A DNA stretch of 41,761 bases from Nanobdellota archaeon (GCA_022565235.1 JADFJW010000003.1:1-41761); one strand, 5' to 3'; positions 9,215-18,745 are shown, numbered from the stretch's first letter. Made by a program: numbers and translations. The notes: a model not told the origin generated them from the letters alone.

Positions 9215-10369
9215 TCAACAAACATTATATTTGTGTTTTTTATATTTTTTAGCTGCTTCTATCTCTACTAATCTTGTTAAATAGGGGACGATATGGATAT
9301 AATTCACCCATACTTTTGCTCCAAGAGATTCAAGGAAATTAGCAGCATTTACTCCTATTTTATCCTGACTGCAAATTATAAATTTGTAGCCTTTCTTAAG
9401 ATAATTTTTTATGGTTTCTCTCTTTATTGGTTTAATACCACAATAGTAGCCATTACTGATAATACCTTCAACATCTATTTTGCGATTGGCTACCCACTCA
9501 AGAAAATGTGGAACAAAAATCGCTTCCCTTTCACCTTTAAATAGGATAACTTGTTTACAATTTAGAAAGTTTTCTAATTTGTTGTTAATCCATTTGTATT
9601 GGACGTCATAAATTTCATTTATTGGGACATCAAAGAATAATGAAGATACTTTAGCGTCCCAAGCAGATCCTAAATTTAATGGATTTTTCCAAGGTGTAGG
9701 GGGTACATTATGCGTTATAGATTCAGAATGCACCCTGTAATGAACTAAAACTTTTGGAACAGCTCTCAGTTCCATACCAAGTTTAAGTGCTTTTACATGC
9801 AAGTCATAATCCTCTGCTACTTTTAATTTTTCATCATACCCCCCAAGGAGATGAAAGGTTTTTGCACGTATGAAATTGGAAGGTCCGCTTAAACTGTTGC
9901 GAAAATGCAATTCATTTTCTATGTCTTTAGGATGCCATGATCGATACTGAATATCTCCGTCGTGAGCAGTTCCAGGGTATTTGGTTTTAGTAAACCAACT
10001 ACCACAGATTTCACATCCCGTATATTTTTCCATGAACTTAAGTTGTGTTTCCAGCCTAGAGGGGATGGAATAATCATCTGCATCAGCTGTGGCATAAAAT
10101 TCACCCTTAGAGTTCTTAATTGCTAAATTTCTTGCTGCAGCAATGGAAGAAGTTCTTTTCTTAAGAAAGATAGGTTTTATTCGCTTATCAATTTTTGTAT
10201 ATTTCTTTATAATTTTAGCAGTTTTATCCGGAGAATTACTCTCTACAATAATTAATTCAAAATTTCTATATGTTTGGTTGAGTATACTTTTAATAGCTGT
10301 CTCTATAAACTTTTCTTCATTCCAAGCACACATAATTACGCTTATTAAAGGTTTATTTTTAAATATCAT
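9215..10369 (-). CDS. GT2 family glycosyltransferase with C-terminal extension
   Basis: ISVIMCAWNEEKFI, SILNQTYRNFELIIVE, ARNLAI, DADD (DxD) and AEDYDL. Confidence 0.88.
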   Translation of the reverse strand: MIFKNKPLISVIMCAWNEEKFIETAIKSILNQTYRNFELIIVESNSPDKTAKIIKKYTKIDKRIKPIFLKKRTSSIAAARNLAIKNSKGEFYATADADDYSIPSRLETQLKFMEKYTGCEICGSWFTKTKYPGTAHDGDIQYRSWHPKDIENELHFRNSLSGPSNFIRAKTFHLLGGYDEKLKVAEDYDLHVKALKLGMELRAVPKVLVHYRVHSESITHNVPPTPWKNPLNLGSAWDAKVSSLFFDVPINEIYDVQYKWINNKLENFLNCKQVILFKGEREAIFVPHFLEWVANRKIDVEGIISNGYYCGIKPIKRETIKNYLKKGYKFIICSQDKIGVNAANFLESLGAKVWVNYIHIVPYLTRLVEIEAAKKYKKHKYNVC

Positions 10370-10454
10370 AGTTATTAATTCCTTAACTACTAAACTTATT
10401 AAATTATTTTTTATCTTTTGTGATTCTATCTATCAATTCTATTTAAAGTTTATG

Positions 10455-11690
10455 CTATCTTTTTAAAGAATTAATTAATGGTTCTATTTCTGTTTCAAAA
10501 ATACTTTCCCACCTATAATTCCTTACAACTTTCTTAAACATATTTACAGTTAAATGTGAATCAAAATATTTGATGATATCTTTAGCTATCTTCTTGTAAT
10601 CTTTTTTCATAATGTCTATATAAAATACATCTTTTCCGCATAATTCCTTGAATGGCTCTATATTTGAGCATATAATCAGCAGATTAAAAATACCCGCTTC
10701 AAGAAGGGGGATTCCAAAACCTTCCTCAGAACTTGGAAAAAGTAACAGATCACATAAGATATACAAGTCTCTTATTATACCTTGGTCAATATGACCCCTC
10801 TTTCCACCAAGTTTATATTCATGCAGGAAAATAACCTTGTCTTTTGCTAATTTTTTAAGTTCAGCATAATATTCCCGGTCACTAAGGATATGCGGGTTTG
10901 GAGGTCCGGTTACAATCAATTTGCTTTTTTTGCCTAATTTATTCAGCATAAGGGTTATCTTTATTGCGTCTTTTAGATTTTTTCTTTTGACTATACGTGT
11001 AGGCGCAAACATGACTAAATCTTCTCTGAATAGATTAAAATCTTCGAATATCTTTAAAGAATGTTTATTTAAATTGAGAAGCTTGACCAAATTTATTCCA
11101 TTTGGTATAACTTTGATATTTTTTTTATTTACTTTGAATAGATTACTCAACTTATTTTGCCTATAGTTAGAGACTGTTACATAAGTAACTTTTTTTATTT
11201 GTTGTGATATAAAATTATAAGGGAATGTTGTTCTTTTTTTGATATTATAAAGAGGGTCATTAAAGGTCGCATCGTGGCTCCACGAAATAAATTTGATGTT
11301 AGTGTCTTTTATTATTTTTACTAATGCGGCAGTTAAAGGCATATTAAGATGCATGGTTAGAATGTTATGGATAATGCATACATCTGTTTTACTCAATTTC
11401 TTTTTTAATTTTTTATACAGGGTTTCCACTCTTTTATTAAATAAATCACTTACTATATTTTTATCTAATTCACCATTAATCTTATTGTTTATATTTTCAA
11501 GAGAATACATTTCAGGGATGATAGCAACAGGTACATTTTTATCAAACTTTTCACCTTTGCCAACAATCAAGTTTATTTTATATCCGCGTGATGAAAATAA
11601 TTCAGCATGCTCTTCTATCACTGTCTCTACTCCACCAACAATTGGCGGGCATGAATAGTGTATTATAGTTATATTTGGTTTTTTTATCAT
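10455..11690 (-). CDS. GT4 (GT-B) glycosyltransferase
   Basis: HYSCPPIVGGVE, WSHD, VIPNGI, PTRIVKRKN and FPSSEEGFGIPLLEA (ExFGxPxxE). Confidence 0.9.
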   Translation of the reverse strand: MIKKPNITIIHYSCPPIVGGVETVIEEHAELFSSRGYKINLIVGKGEKFDKNVPVAIIPEMYSLENINNKINGELDKNIVSDLFNKRVETLYKKLKKKLSKTDVCIIHNILTMHLNMPLTAALVKIIKDTNIKFISWSHDATFNDPLYNIKKRTTFPYNFISQQIKKVTYVTVSNYRQNKLSNLFKVNKKNIKVIPNGINLVKLLNLNKHSLKIFEDFNLFREDLVMFAPTRIVKRKNLKDAIKITLMLNKLGKKSKLIVTGPPNPHILSDREYYAELKKLAKDKVIFLHEYKLGGKRGHIDQGIIRDLYILCDLLLFPSSEEGFGIPLLEAGIFNLLIICSNIEPFKELCGKDVFYIDIMKKDYKKIAKDIIKYFDSHLTVNMFKKVVRNYRWESIFETEIEPLINSLKR

Positions 11691-11729
11691 ATTTGGGTTT
11701 AAGAAACACTCTTTTATTAAATTTTCCCT

Positions 11730-12518
11730 TCAACCCTTCCTAGCAACACCAACAACAAACTCAGAAACCGTATCATCAAAGAATTCTTTTTCCGTATTTA
11801 ATACTTCCACTTCAAATCCTGCATTATTCAGCACTTCACTTATGCTTTCTTCATCGTAAAACTTCCTTCTCTGGCCATCCTCAAAGACCCAGACATCCTT
11901 GTCAATTTCTTCCCCCTTGCCAAAGAGGTGGTCTCCTTTGCCCTTTACCCCAAATACAAAATGACCTCCTGTTCTTAGCAATCCATAAATCTCAGAAAAT
12001 AATACCCCAGTCATAATTGGCTTTGTATAATGCAAAAAAGAATGAGCATGAACCACATCAACAAAACCTTTCTTTAGATTATTCTGCCTCTTTAAAATAC
12101 TCCAAACATCATCGTTTAAAATTTCTACATTTTTTATTCCTTTCCTCTCAAGCTGTTTCTTAATATCATTAGCTGCAGTCTTGGTTATTTCAATGCTCGT
12201 CACATTATTACAATACTTTGATAAGAATATAGAATCTCTTCCGGTTCCTGCTCCCAATTCCCACAGTACACCATCCCTTATCTTTTTAAGTATGGGCATG
12301 GTGTAATTTACTGCCAAATCACTGGGCTCTACTCCAAACCTTAATTTATCTTTTGACCATATCTTTTCCCAGCAATCTTTGAAGCTTGCAACCTCGTTTA
12401 AATAACTTATAATAGCCTTGTATTGGCTTTGAGAATAACCATTGGGCCCATGTCCAATTACATCCCTCAGTACTTCAAGGGCCATTCCATTTCCATGAAC
12501 ATTTATCGTTGTAAGCAT
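11730..12518 (-). CDS. Class I SAM-dependent methyltransferase
   Basis: LWELGAGTGRDS motif I, DVVHAHSFLHY and LRTGGHF. Confidence 0.85.
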   Translation of the reverse strand: MLTTINVHGNGMALEVLRDVIGHGPNGYSQSQYKAIISYLNEVASFKDCWEKIWSKDKLRFGVEPSDLAVNYTMPILKKIRDGVLWELGAGTGRDSIFLSKYCNNVTSIEITKTAANDIKKQLERKGIKNVEILNDDVWSILKRQNNLKKGFVDVVHAHSFLHYTKPIMTGVLFSEIYGLLRTGGHFVFGVKGKGDHLFGKGEEIDKDVWVFEDGQRRKFYDEESISEVLNNAGFEVEVLNTEKEFFDDTVSEFVVGVARKG

Positions 12519-12643
12519 ATTTACCCCTAAAAACTATGAATTCTAAGTCTTTAATAACCTATGGTTTCATTTTGAAAGAAAATAGAACAAATTAGTTAAA
12601 AAACAAAAAATTTAAATACTACAAAAATAATAGCTGTTTCATA

Positions 12644-13189
12644 ATGAAACTTACTAAGAATGAACAAAAGACCTTGGAGCTAATACTTGGCAATGCTAAA
12701 ATAAAGAATCAGGAAATTGCAGGCCAATTAGGGCTTACGAGCCAGGCTATAGGGAAAATAAGAGGAAATCTACGCAAAAAAGAGGTACTAAGAGGCTACG
12801 AGGCGGTACTGGATTACGAGAATATGGGCATAAGACTATTTGCATTGTCTTTGGTCAAGATAATGCCCAAGGCGTTTAGAAAATACAACAAAGATGAAAT
12901 AAATGAGATTTTACAACCGCCTAATGTAATAGCGTTGTTTACTGTACCTCAGACGACAATAACACATATAATACTTTATGCCTTCCGCAACATTGCGGAA
13001 TATGATCATTACTTCAGAACATTACAAGAAAAACTAGCGGGGCTGATGGAAGTCAAAGAATCTTATGTTTTTTCAAATAACAGCTATATAAAGAATTCTC
13101 CAAGAGACCTTTTCTTTAAAATATTGACAGAAATGAGGACAGAGAAAAAGATGCCCGTACCATTAAAGCCAAAAATCAGGGAGAAATAA
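12644..13189 (+). CDS. Lrp/AsnC family transcriptional regulator
   Basis: N-terminal wHTH (NAKIKNQEIAGQLGLTSQAIGKIRGNL...LRGYEAVLDYENMG); divergent from the methyltransferase gene. Confidence 0.8.
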   Translation: MKLTKNEQKTLELILGNAKIKNQEIAGQLGLTSQAIGKIRGNLRKKEVLRGYEAVLDYENMGIRLFALSLVKIMPKAFRKYNKDEINEILQPPNVIALFTVPQTTITHIILYAFRNIAEYDHYFRTLQEKLAGLMEVKESYVFSNNSYIKNSPRDLFFKILTEMRTEKKMPVPLKPKIREK

Positions 13190-13202
13190 ACACTTACCAA
13201 AA

Positions 13203-13775
13203 ATGATATATAAATTTTCAATAATCATATACTTAAATCCTGTCCTAGCAAAAAAAGTCAGAAAACTGCAAAAAAATCTTTTTGAGGTGACAGATTCCGA
13301 AGCTGCCATTAAATTATGGAAACCTCATTTTACAATCGGTTCTGGGATAAAAGTTTCGGAAAAAGAACTTGAAGGATTATATGGAGACATTAAAGCAGCA
13401 ATTTCTTATATTAAACCTTTTAAAATTAGGATAAGGGATTATGATTTCATGGATGACTGGACTGGTGGTGAATTACGCGGATATACTCAATATGTGATAT
13501 ATTTAAAGGTCCTTTCAAACAAAAAACTTTCAAGGTTAGCAAAGATCATAAAAGAAAAAGTTACTGATAAGGGAAAGATTTGGTATAGGCAGCCTTGGCC
13601 ATTTAAGCCACATGTCGCTCTTGCATATAAGGATTTGAGCAAAAAAGGCTTCATTAAAGGAAAAAAAATTTCTAAACACGAAAAATTCTCCGGAAAAGAT
13701 ATAACTGACCACATATCTTTAGCTAAGGAAAATAAAGATGGTAAGTGGATAGAATATAAGAAATTTAAATTTTAA
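13203..13775 (+). CDS. 2H phosphoesterase (2'-5' RNA ligase/YjcG-like) family protein
   Basis: PHFTIG and PHVALAY motifs about 95 aa apart. Confidence 0.75.
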   Translation: MIYKFSIIIYLNPVLAKKVRKLQKNLFEVTDSEAAIKLWKPHFTIGSGIKVSEKELEGLYGDIKAAISYIKPFKIRIRDYDFMDDWTGGELRGYTQYVIYLKVLSNKKLSRLAKIIKEKVTDKGKIWYRQPWPFKPHVALAYKDLSKKGFIKGKKISKHEKFSGKDITDHISLAKENKDGKWIEYKKFKF

Positions 13776-13830
13776 ATTAATCAAAAAATATTTAAGGGAA
13801 GTTTAATGCGCTAAAATTCCACCAATTTCA

Positions 13831-13928
13831 TGAAAATCGTAGATTTTCAGGATCCTCGGAAACAAAGTTTCCGGGAAACAGGAAATTCTTTCGGAATTTC
13901 CAAGTTCACCAAAAATCTTCGATTTTTG
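13831..13928. repeat. Cluster of four short intergenic hairpins (REP-like)
   Basis: TGAAAATC-GTA-GATTTTCA (13831-49), CGGAAAC-AAA-GTTTCCG (13857-73), GGAAATTC-TTTCG-GAATTTCC (13881-901) and CAAAAATC-TTC-GATTTTTG (13910-28). Confidence 0.75.
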
Positions 13929-14060
13929 CGTGCTATGATTGACAGTAAGATAGTGGCGGAATTCGCTGAGTCAAGAACCACACTAACTGCCAATGCTAAT
14001 AATTTCATGCCATCCGTCTTTGACAGATGGTTCTTGACTATTATGGCCTAGTCCGTTCTA

Positions 14061-14079
14061 AGAAAAACTTTTATAAACA
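14061..14079 (+). promoter_or_regulatory. BRE/TATA promoter of panB (probably leaderless)
   Basis: AGAAAAAC TTTTATAAA centred about 27 nt upstream of ATG 14100. The same arrangement precedes 4380, 12644, 14928, 33933 and both tRNAs. Confidence 0.6.
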
Positions 14080-14099
14080 GGCCCTCTAACCTGGCTTTT

Positions 14100-14870
14100 A
14101 TGAAAACAACAATCTCCAAAATAAAGTCCATGAAAGGCAGGGAAAAGATATCTATGCTTACTGCTTATGATTGCAGCACGGCAAAGTATATGGATGAAGC
14201 AGGAATTGATATAATATTGATAGGAGACAGCATGGGGATGGTAGTTTTAGGGTACAAAAATACATTAAGTGTTACAGTAGAGGATATTATGAGGCATACT
14301 GGAGCCGTGGCTCGTGGTGCAGGTAATGCCTTAATTGTTGCAGATCTTCCGGCGAATAGTTACGATAGCAATGAGACTGCTGCATTAAATGCAGAATCAT
14401 TGATTAAATCCGGAGCCGATAATGTAAAAATTGAGAATGAACCGGAAATAGCAAAATTCTTGGTAGAGAATAAGATTGATGTGATGGGCCATGTGGGTAT
14501 TACACCGCAAACAGTTACTGATTTTAAGGTACAGGGAAAAGAAAAAGAAACTGCAAATAAAATAATTAAGATGGCTAAGGATTTAGAAGAAGCCGGATGT
14601 TATTGCATAGTTCTTGAAGGAATTCCCCTGGATCTTGGAAAGAGAATAACAGAGGCTCTAAAAGTCCCGACCATAGGCATCGGAGCTGGACCTTATTGTG
14701 ATGGCCAGGTTTTGGTGGTAAATGATATGTTAGGTCTATATGATGCCTTTACTCCAAAGTTTGTAAAAAAATATGCTCATCTGGCAGAAGATATGAAAAA
14801 AGCATTTAAGGATTATGTTAAAGATGTGAAAGAAGAAAAGTTTCCGGAAGACAAGCATTGTTTTCATTAG
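14100..14870 (+). CDS. panB: 3-methyl-2-oxobutanoate (ketopantoate) hydroxymethyltransferase
   Basis: MLTAYD, LIGDSMGMVVLG, VADLP, MGHVGITPQ, TIGIGAG, CDGQVLV and PKFVKKY. Confidence 0.96.
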   Translation: MKTTISKIKSMKGREKISMLTAYDCSTAKYMDEAGIDIILIGDSMGMVVLGYKNTLSVTVEDIMRHTGAVARGAGNALIVADLPANSYDSNETAALNAESLIKSGADNVKIENEPEIAKFLVENKIDVMGHVGITPQTVTDFKVQGKEKETANKIIKMAKDLEEAGCYCIVLEGIPLDLGKRITEALKVPTIGIGAGPYCDGQVLVVNDMLGLYDAFTPKFVKKYAHLAEDMKKAFKDYVKDVKEEKFPEDKHCFH

Positions 14871-14927
14871 AATAATATGCATCAATAAATGCAATAATTT
14901 ATAAATTAAATTTTATTTCTAGGATAT

Positions 14928-16154
14928 ATGGATAATTCCCTAAAAAACAAAAACATCGTAATAGGAATTACAGGCGGAATAGCATGCTACAAGACTCTTG
15001 ATCTGATCAAAAAACTCAAAAAAATAGGTTCCAATGTTCATGTAATTATGACTGAAAGTGCAACAAAGCTTGTCGATATAAAAGATTTTGAAAAAGCAAG
15101 CGAAAATCCAGTCCAGACGGATTTATTTGATCCAAACATCAATTATAAGGATTATATCAAGAAAAACAGGCCGATTAAGCATATTTCTTTGGCGGATATA
15201 GCTGATTTGTTTCTTATTTGTCCTGCTACTGCCAATATTATTGGGAAAGTGGCTAATGGTGTTGCCGACGATCTGCTAAGTACGAGCATAATGGCCACTA
15301 ATGCTGCCGTTCTTATATGCCCAGCAATGAATGTGAAGATGTGGAAAAATCCCATAACCCAGGAAAATGTAAATAAATTGAGAAAATTTAATTATGAATT
15401 TACAGAACCGGAATATGGAATATTAGCATGCGGTTATGAAGGTATCGGCAGATTAGCGAATTTGAATAAAATTGTAGAAAGGATAAAAATAATAATAGGA
15501 AGAAGGAATGACTTAAAAGGGAAAAAAATACTTGTAACGGCAGGCGCAACTTCTGAGGAAATAGACCCGGTGCGTGTAATCACGAATAAAAGCTCCGGAA
15601 AGATGGGTGTTTATATCGCTGAAAATGCATTTCTAAGAGGCGCGGATGTAACCTTGATAAGGGGCATGAATGCAGTAGAACCGCAATACCCTTTCAAAGA
15701 TATTAAAATACATAGTGTTAAAGACTTATTCAATGAGATCAAAAAAAATATCAGGGACAAAGATATAATGATCCATGCTGCCGCTGTTTCTGATTTTACA
15801 ATCAACAATAGGGCAAAAGGCAAGATAAAAAGCAATGAAAATTTGCATTTGGAGTTAACACCAACAACAAAAATATTTGAAAACATCAAGAAAATTAAAA
15901 AAAGCATATTCTTAATAGGATTTAAGGCAGAATACCGAGTGAGCAATAAAGAATTGATTGATAGGGCTTATGATTTGCTAAAAAGCGCAAAAGCAGATTT
16001 TGTCGTAGCAAATGATGTCGGAAAGAAAAACAGGGGCTTTGACACAGAGACGAATGAAGTTTACGTTGTTGATAAACATAAGAAAATAAAGCATTTGAAA
16101 TTAGCAGATAAACGGGTCATTGGGAATAAGATATTGGATGAGATAAAGAATTAA
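14928..16154 (+). CDS. coaBC: Bifunctional phosphopantothenoylcysteine decarboxylase / phosphopantothenate-cysteine ligase
   Basis: GITGGIACYK, HISLA, PATANIIGK, CPAMN, LACG..G.GRL, VTAGATSEEIDPVRVITNKSSGKMG, AAVSDF and GFKAE. Confidence 0.96.
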   Translation: MDNSLKNKNIVIGITGGIACYKTLDLIKKLKKIGSNVHVIMTESATKLVDIKDFEKASENPVQTDLFDPNINYKDYIKKNRPIKHISLADIADLFLICPATANIIGKVANGVADDLLSTSIMATNAAVLICPAMNVKMWKNPITQENVNKLRKFNYEFTEPEYGILACGYEGIGRLANLNKIVERIKIIIGRRNDLKGKKILVTAGATSEEIDPVRVITNKSSGKMGVYIAENAFLRGADVTLIRGMNAVEPQYPFKDIKIHSVKDLFNEIKKNIRDKDIMIHAAAVSDFTINNRAKGKIKSNENLHLELTPTTKIFENIKKIKKSIFLIGFKAEYRVSNKELIDRAYDLLKSAKADFVVANDVGKKNRGFDTETNEVYVVDKHKKIKHLKLADKRVIGNKILDEIKN

Positions 16155-16166
16155 TTATGTCATTCA

Positions 16167-16430
16167 TCACTTCTTACCCTTTTTTTGCTCAAGTAACTCA
16201 ACCATTTTTTCCGTTTCAATAAGATGTTTCTTTGAAATATCCACGGCAAGGCTTAATGATACGAACAAAACCATAAGCATAAGCCAGTTAAATATTGCTA
16301 TTATCATCAACCAGCTGATCTTGGCCTCTGCACTATAAACCTGGTTTATGAGATTAAAACCCAGAACAGCAACACCTATACCTACAATCAAAAGAACTAT
16401 TTCAAAAGTACTGATTCTTGTTTTAGCCAT
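16167..16430 (-). CDS. Small two-TM membrane protein
   Basis: Two hydrophobic helices and a charged tail; GAGG upstream of the start. Confidence 0.7.
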   Translation of the reverse strand: MAKTRISTFEIVLLIVGIGVAVLGFNLINQVYSAEAKISWLMIIAIFNWLMLMVLFVSLSLAVDISKKHLIETEKMVELLEQKKGKK

Positions 16431-16536
16431 ATTTCCTCTTCAACCATATTCTTAACCATAATATTTAAAAGTTTGCTTTTTTAATCAAACAACCAATACA
16501 TAACATTTAAAAACAAATATAATTTTCGGGTATTTA

Positions 16537-16974
16537 ATGGCAAAGAAAAGTCGAGGAATAAATGCGGGCAAGAAGCTTAAAGCTAGAAGGCATAAAAGCA
16601 GATATGCTGATAAATGGTTTGTAAGGCGTGTAAGGCGTTTAAAGGCAAAATCTGACCCCTTAGAAGGTTCTTCCCAGGCAGAAGGCATCGTTTTGGAGAA
16701 AGTGCAGCTGGAAGCCAAACAGCCAAACTCTGCAATGAGAAAATGTGTAAGGATACAGTTAATCAAGAATAGTAAGCAAGTAACTGCATTCTGTCCTGGA
16801 GATGGCGCAATAAAGCTGATTGACGAGCACGACAAGGTTATGGTGGAGTGCATAGGGGGAGCAATGGGCAAGAGTAAAGGTGACATACCGGGTGTAAGGT
16901 GGCAGGTAATTAAGGTAAATGATCAAAGTTTAAATGCTTTATTAAGGGGCATAATAGAAAAGGCAAGGAAATAA
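16537..16974 (+). CDS. rps12: 30S ribosomal protein S12 (uS12, archaeal type)
   Basis: [27 protein letters not shown] and GDIPGVRW. Confidence 0.98.
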   Translation: MAKKSRGINAGKKLKARRHKSRYADKWFVRRVRRLKAKSDPLEGSSQAEGIVLEKVQLEAKQPNSAMRKCVRIQLIKNSKQVTAFCPGDGAIKLIDEHDKVMVECIGGAMGKSKGDIPGVRWQVIKVNDQSLNALLRGIIEKARK

Positions 16975-16975
16975 G

Positions 16976-17578
16976 ATGGCATTACAAATTCTAGCTTTTA
17001 ACAGATGGTCTGTAGAAGGGATTAATGTAGACGATCCTGGATTAAAGAATTACATTACTTTAGTGCCAAGAATTGTCCCTAAAACCGGAGCTAGATATGC
17101 AAAAAGCCGTTTTCACAGGAGCAAGATTTTCATAGTTGAACGATTAATAAATAAGATCATGATACCCGGGCATAAGGGCAAAAAGCACACCCATTCAAGC
17201 TCAAACACAACCGGAAAAGCGAATAAGGCTTTTTCCATTGTGGAAAATGTTTTTAGCCAAATAGAAAAACAGACAAAGGAGAATCCAATCAAGGTTTTTG
17301 TAAAAGCTTTGGAAAATGCTTCTCAAAGAGAAGAGATAATCACTATCGAGTACGGCGGCGCAAGGTATCCGAAAGCAGTTGAATGCGCGCCTCAAAGGCG
17401 CATTGACATCGCTTTAAGGAATTTTACACAAGGAGCTTACCAAAAATCCTTCAATTCAAAAAAATCAATAGAAGATACGCTTTCAGAGGAAATAATCAAT
17501 GCTTACAGATTAAATGCCGCTTCTAATGCAATTTCCAAGAAATTAGAAGTAGAAAGGCAAGCTGACGCTTCTAGATAA
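16976..17578 (+). CDS. rps7: 30S ribosomal protein S7 (uS7, archaeal type)
   Basis: DPGLKNYI, IVERLIN, ENPIKVFVKALENA, YGG..YPKAV..APQRRIDIAL and ERQADASR. Confidence 0.97.
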   Translation: MALQILAFNRWSVEGINVDDPGLKNYITLVPRIVPKTGARYAKSRFHRSKIFIVERLINKIMIPGHKGKKHTHSSSNTTGKANKAFSIVENVFSQIEKQTKENPIKVFVKALENASQREEIITIEYGGARYPKAVECAPQRRIDIALRNFTQGAYQKSFNSKKSIEDTLSEEIINAYRLNAASNAISKKLEVERQADASR

Positions 17579-17627
17579 ATTTTGATTATTTTGATATTGA
17601 TTTTCCATAAGGACACAATAACATTTT

Positions 17628-18695
17628 TTAAGTAATTTTATTCAAATAAATTGTTTGCGTTGGGAATGCAAATACAATTCCTTCTTTTTCAAATCTTTCC
17701 TTAAGAGCAAAGTTTATTTCTTGCTGTGTGTCCATATATGTTAGATAATCGGGTTTGTTAACATAATAAACCACTTCAAAATTCAGGCTAAAGTCACCGA
17801 ATTGTTTGAAATGGACCCTATCAAGGTCTGCAATCTTTATTTTATCTAAAATTTCTTTTACAATGCTCGAAATCTTTTTAAGTTGTTTTAGTTTAGTACC
17901 ATATTCAACGCCAAACGTAAAGGATATTCTTCTGCGTTCCATCTTTTTATAATTGTTTACTCTTGTCTCTGTAAGTTCCTTGTTTGAGATAATGAGTTCC
18001 TGGCCCTGCAGAGTTTGAATTCTTGTTGTCTTAATGCCTATGTGCTTTACTGTACCTAAATCATCTCCAACTATAATAAAATCGCCTATTCTAAAAGGCT
18101 TATCGAAATATATTGAAAAAGATGCAAAAACATCACTTAATATGTTTTGCATAGCAAAGGCAATTGCTAGTCCTCCAATACCTAATCCAGCAGCTAATGC
18201 AGAAACATTATACCCAAAATTTGATAAAATAATTATTACAGCTACAGCCCATAACACACCCTTAATTATTTTATTTAGAATACCAATTATATGGGCATCA
18301 AATTTTCCTTCTTCCTGCCCTTTTTGTTTTATTTTATTTACACCAAAATCAATAATACCCTGAATAAATTTAACAGCATAATAAGTAACAAAAATTATGG
18401 CTATAAAATTAAAAGCCTTCTGTATAAAATCTGGCAACGTTACAAATTTTAAAGAAATAACTAATGAGATAATAACATAAAAAGGCCAACGTATATCATT
18501 TACGGATTTAATCAACAAATCATCAAATTCAGTTTTTGTTTTTTCTGCTAATTTTTTTAGTCTATGGATTATAACACCTTTAAAAATTACCAGCGCAATA
18601 ATAAATATTATAAAACTAGCTGTAGCCATTAAATAATCTATACCACTATTATTCCCCACAGAATAATTTAAAAGATCTGTAAAAGTCAATGCCAT
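17628..18695 (-). CDS. mscS: Small-conductance mechanosensitive channel
   Basis: LAAGLGIGGLAIAFAMQNILSD, DKPFRIGDFI, GTVKHIGIKTT and GIVFAFPTQT. Confidence 0.93.
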   Translation of the reverse strand: MALTFTDLLNYSVGNNSGIDYLMATASFIIFIIALVIFKGVIIHRLKKLAEKTKTEFDDLLIKSVNDIRWPFYVIISLVISLKFVTLPDFIQKAFNFIAIIFVTYYAVKFIQGIIDFGVNKIKQKGQEEGKFDAHIIGILNKIIKGVLWAVAVIIILSNFGYNVSALAAGLGIGGLAIAFAMQNILSDVFASFSIYFDKPFRIGDFIIVGDDLGTVKHIGIKTTRIQTLQGQELIISNKELTETRVNNYKKMERRRISFTFGVEYGTKLKQLKKISSIVKEILDKIKIADLDRVHFKQFGDFSLNFEVVYYVNKPDYLTYMDTQQEINFALKERFEKEGIVFAFPTQTIYLNKIT

Positions 18696-18745
18696 GAACT
18701 AATTTCCAGTTACTATTAGTTTATAAATTTTATTAAAAATGCAAA

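Noticed and set aside
13984-14010. TAACTGCCAATGCTAATAATTTC resembles a tmRNA resume/tag region (ANANNF)
   Set aside because: No tRNA-like ends, no ALAA-stop terminus, and the context is archaeal.
13830-14051. 73-aa ORF upstream of panB
   Set aside because: It runs through hairpins and inverted repeats and shows no recognisable motif; more likely non-coding, though not excluded.
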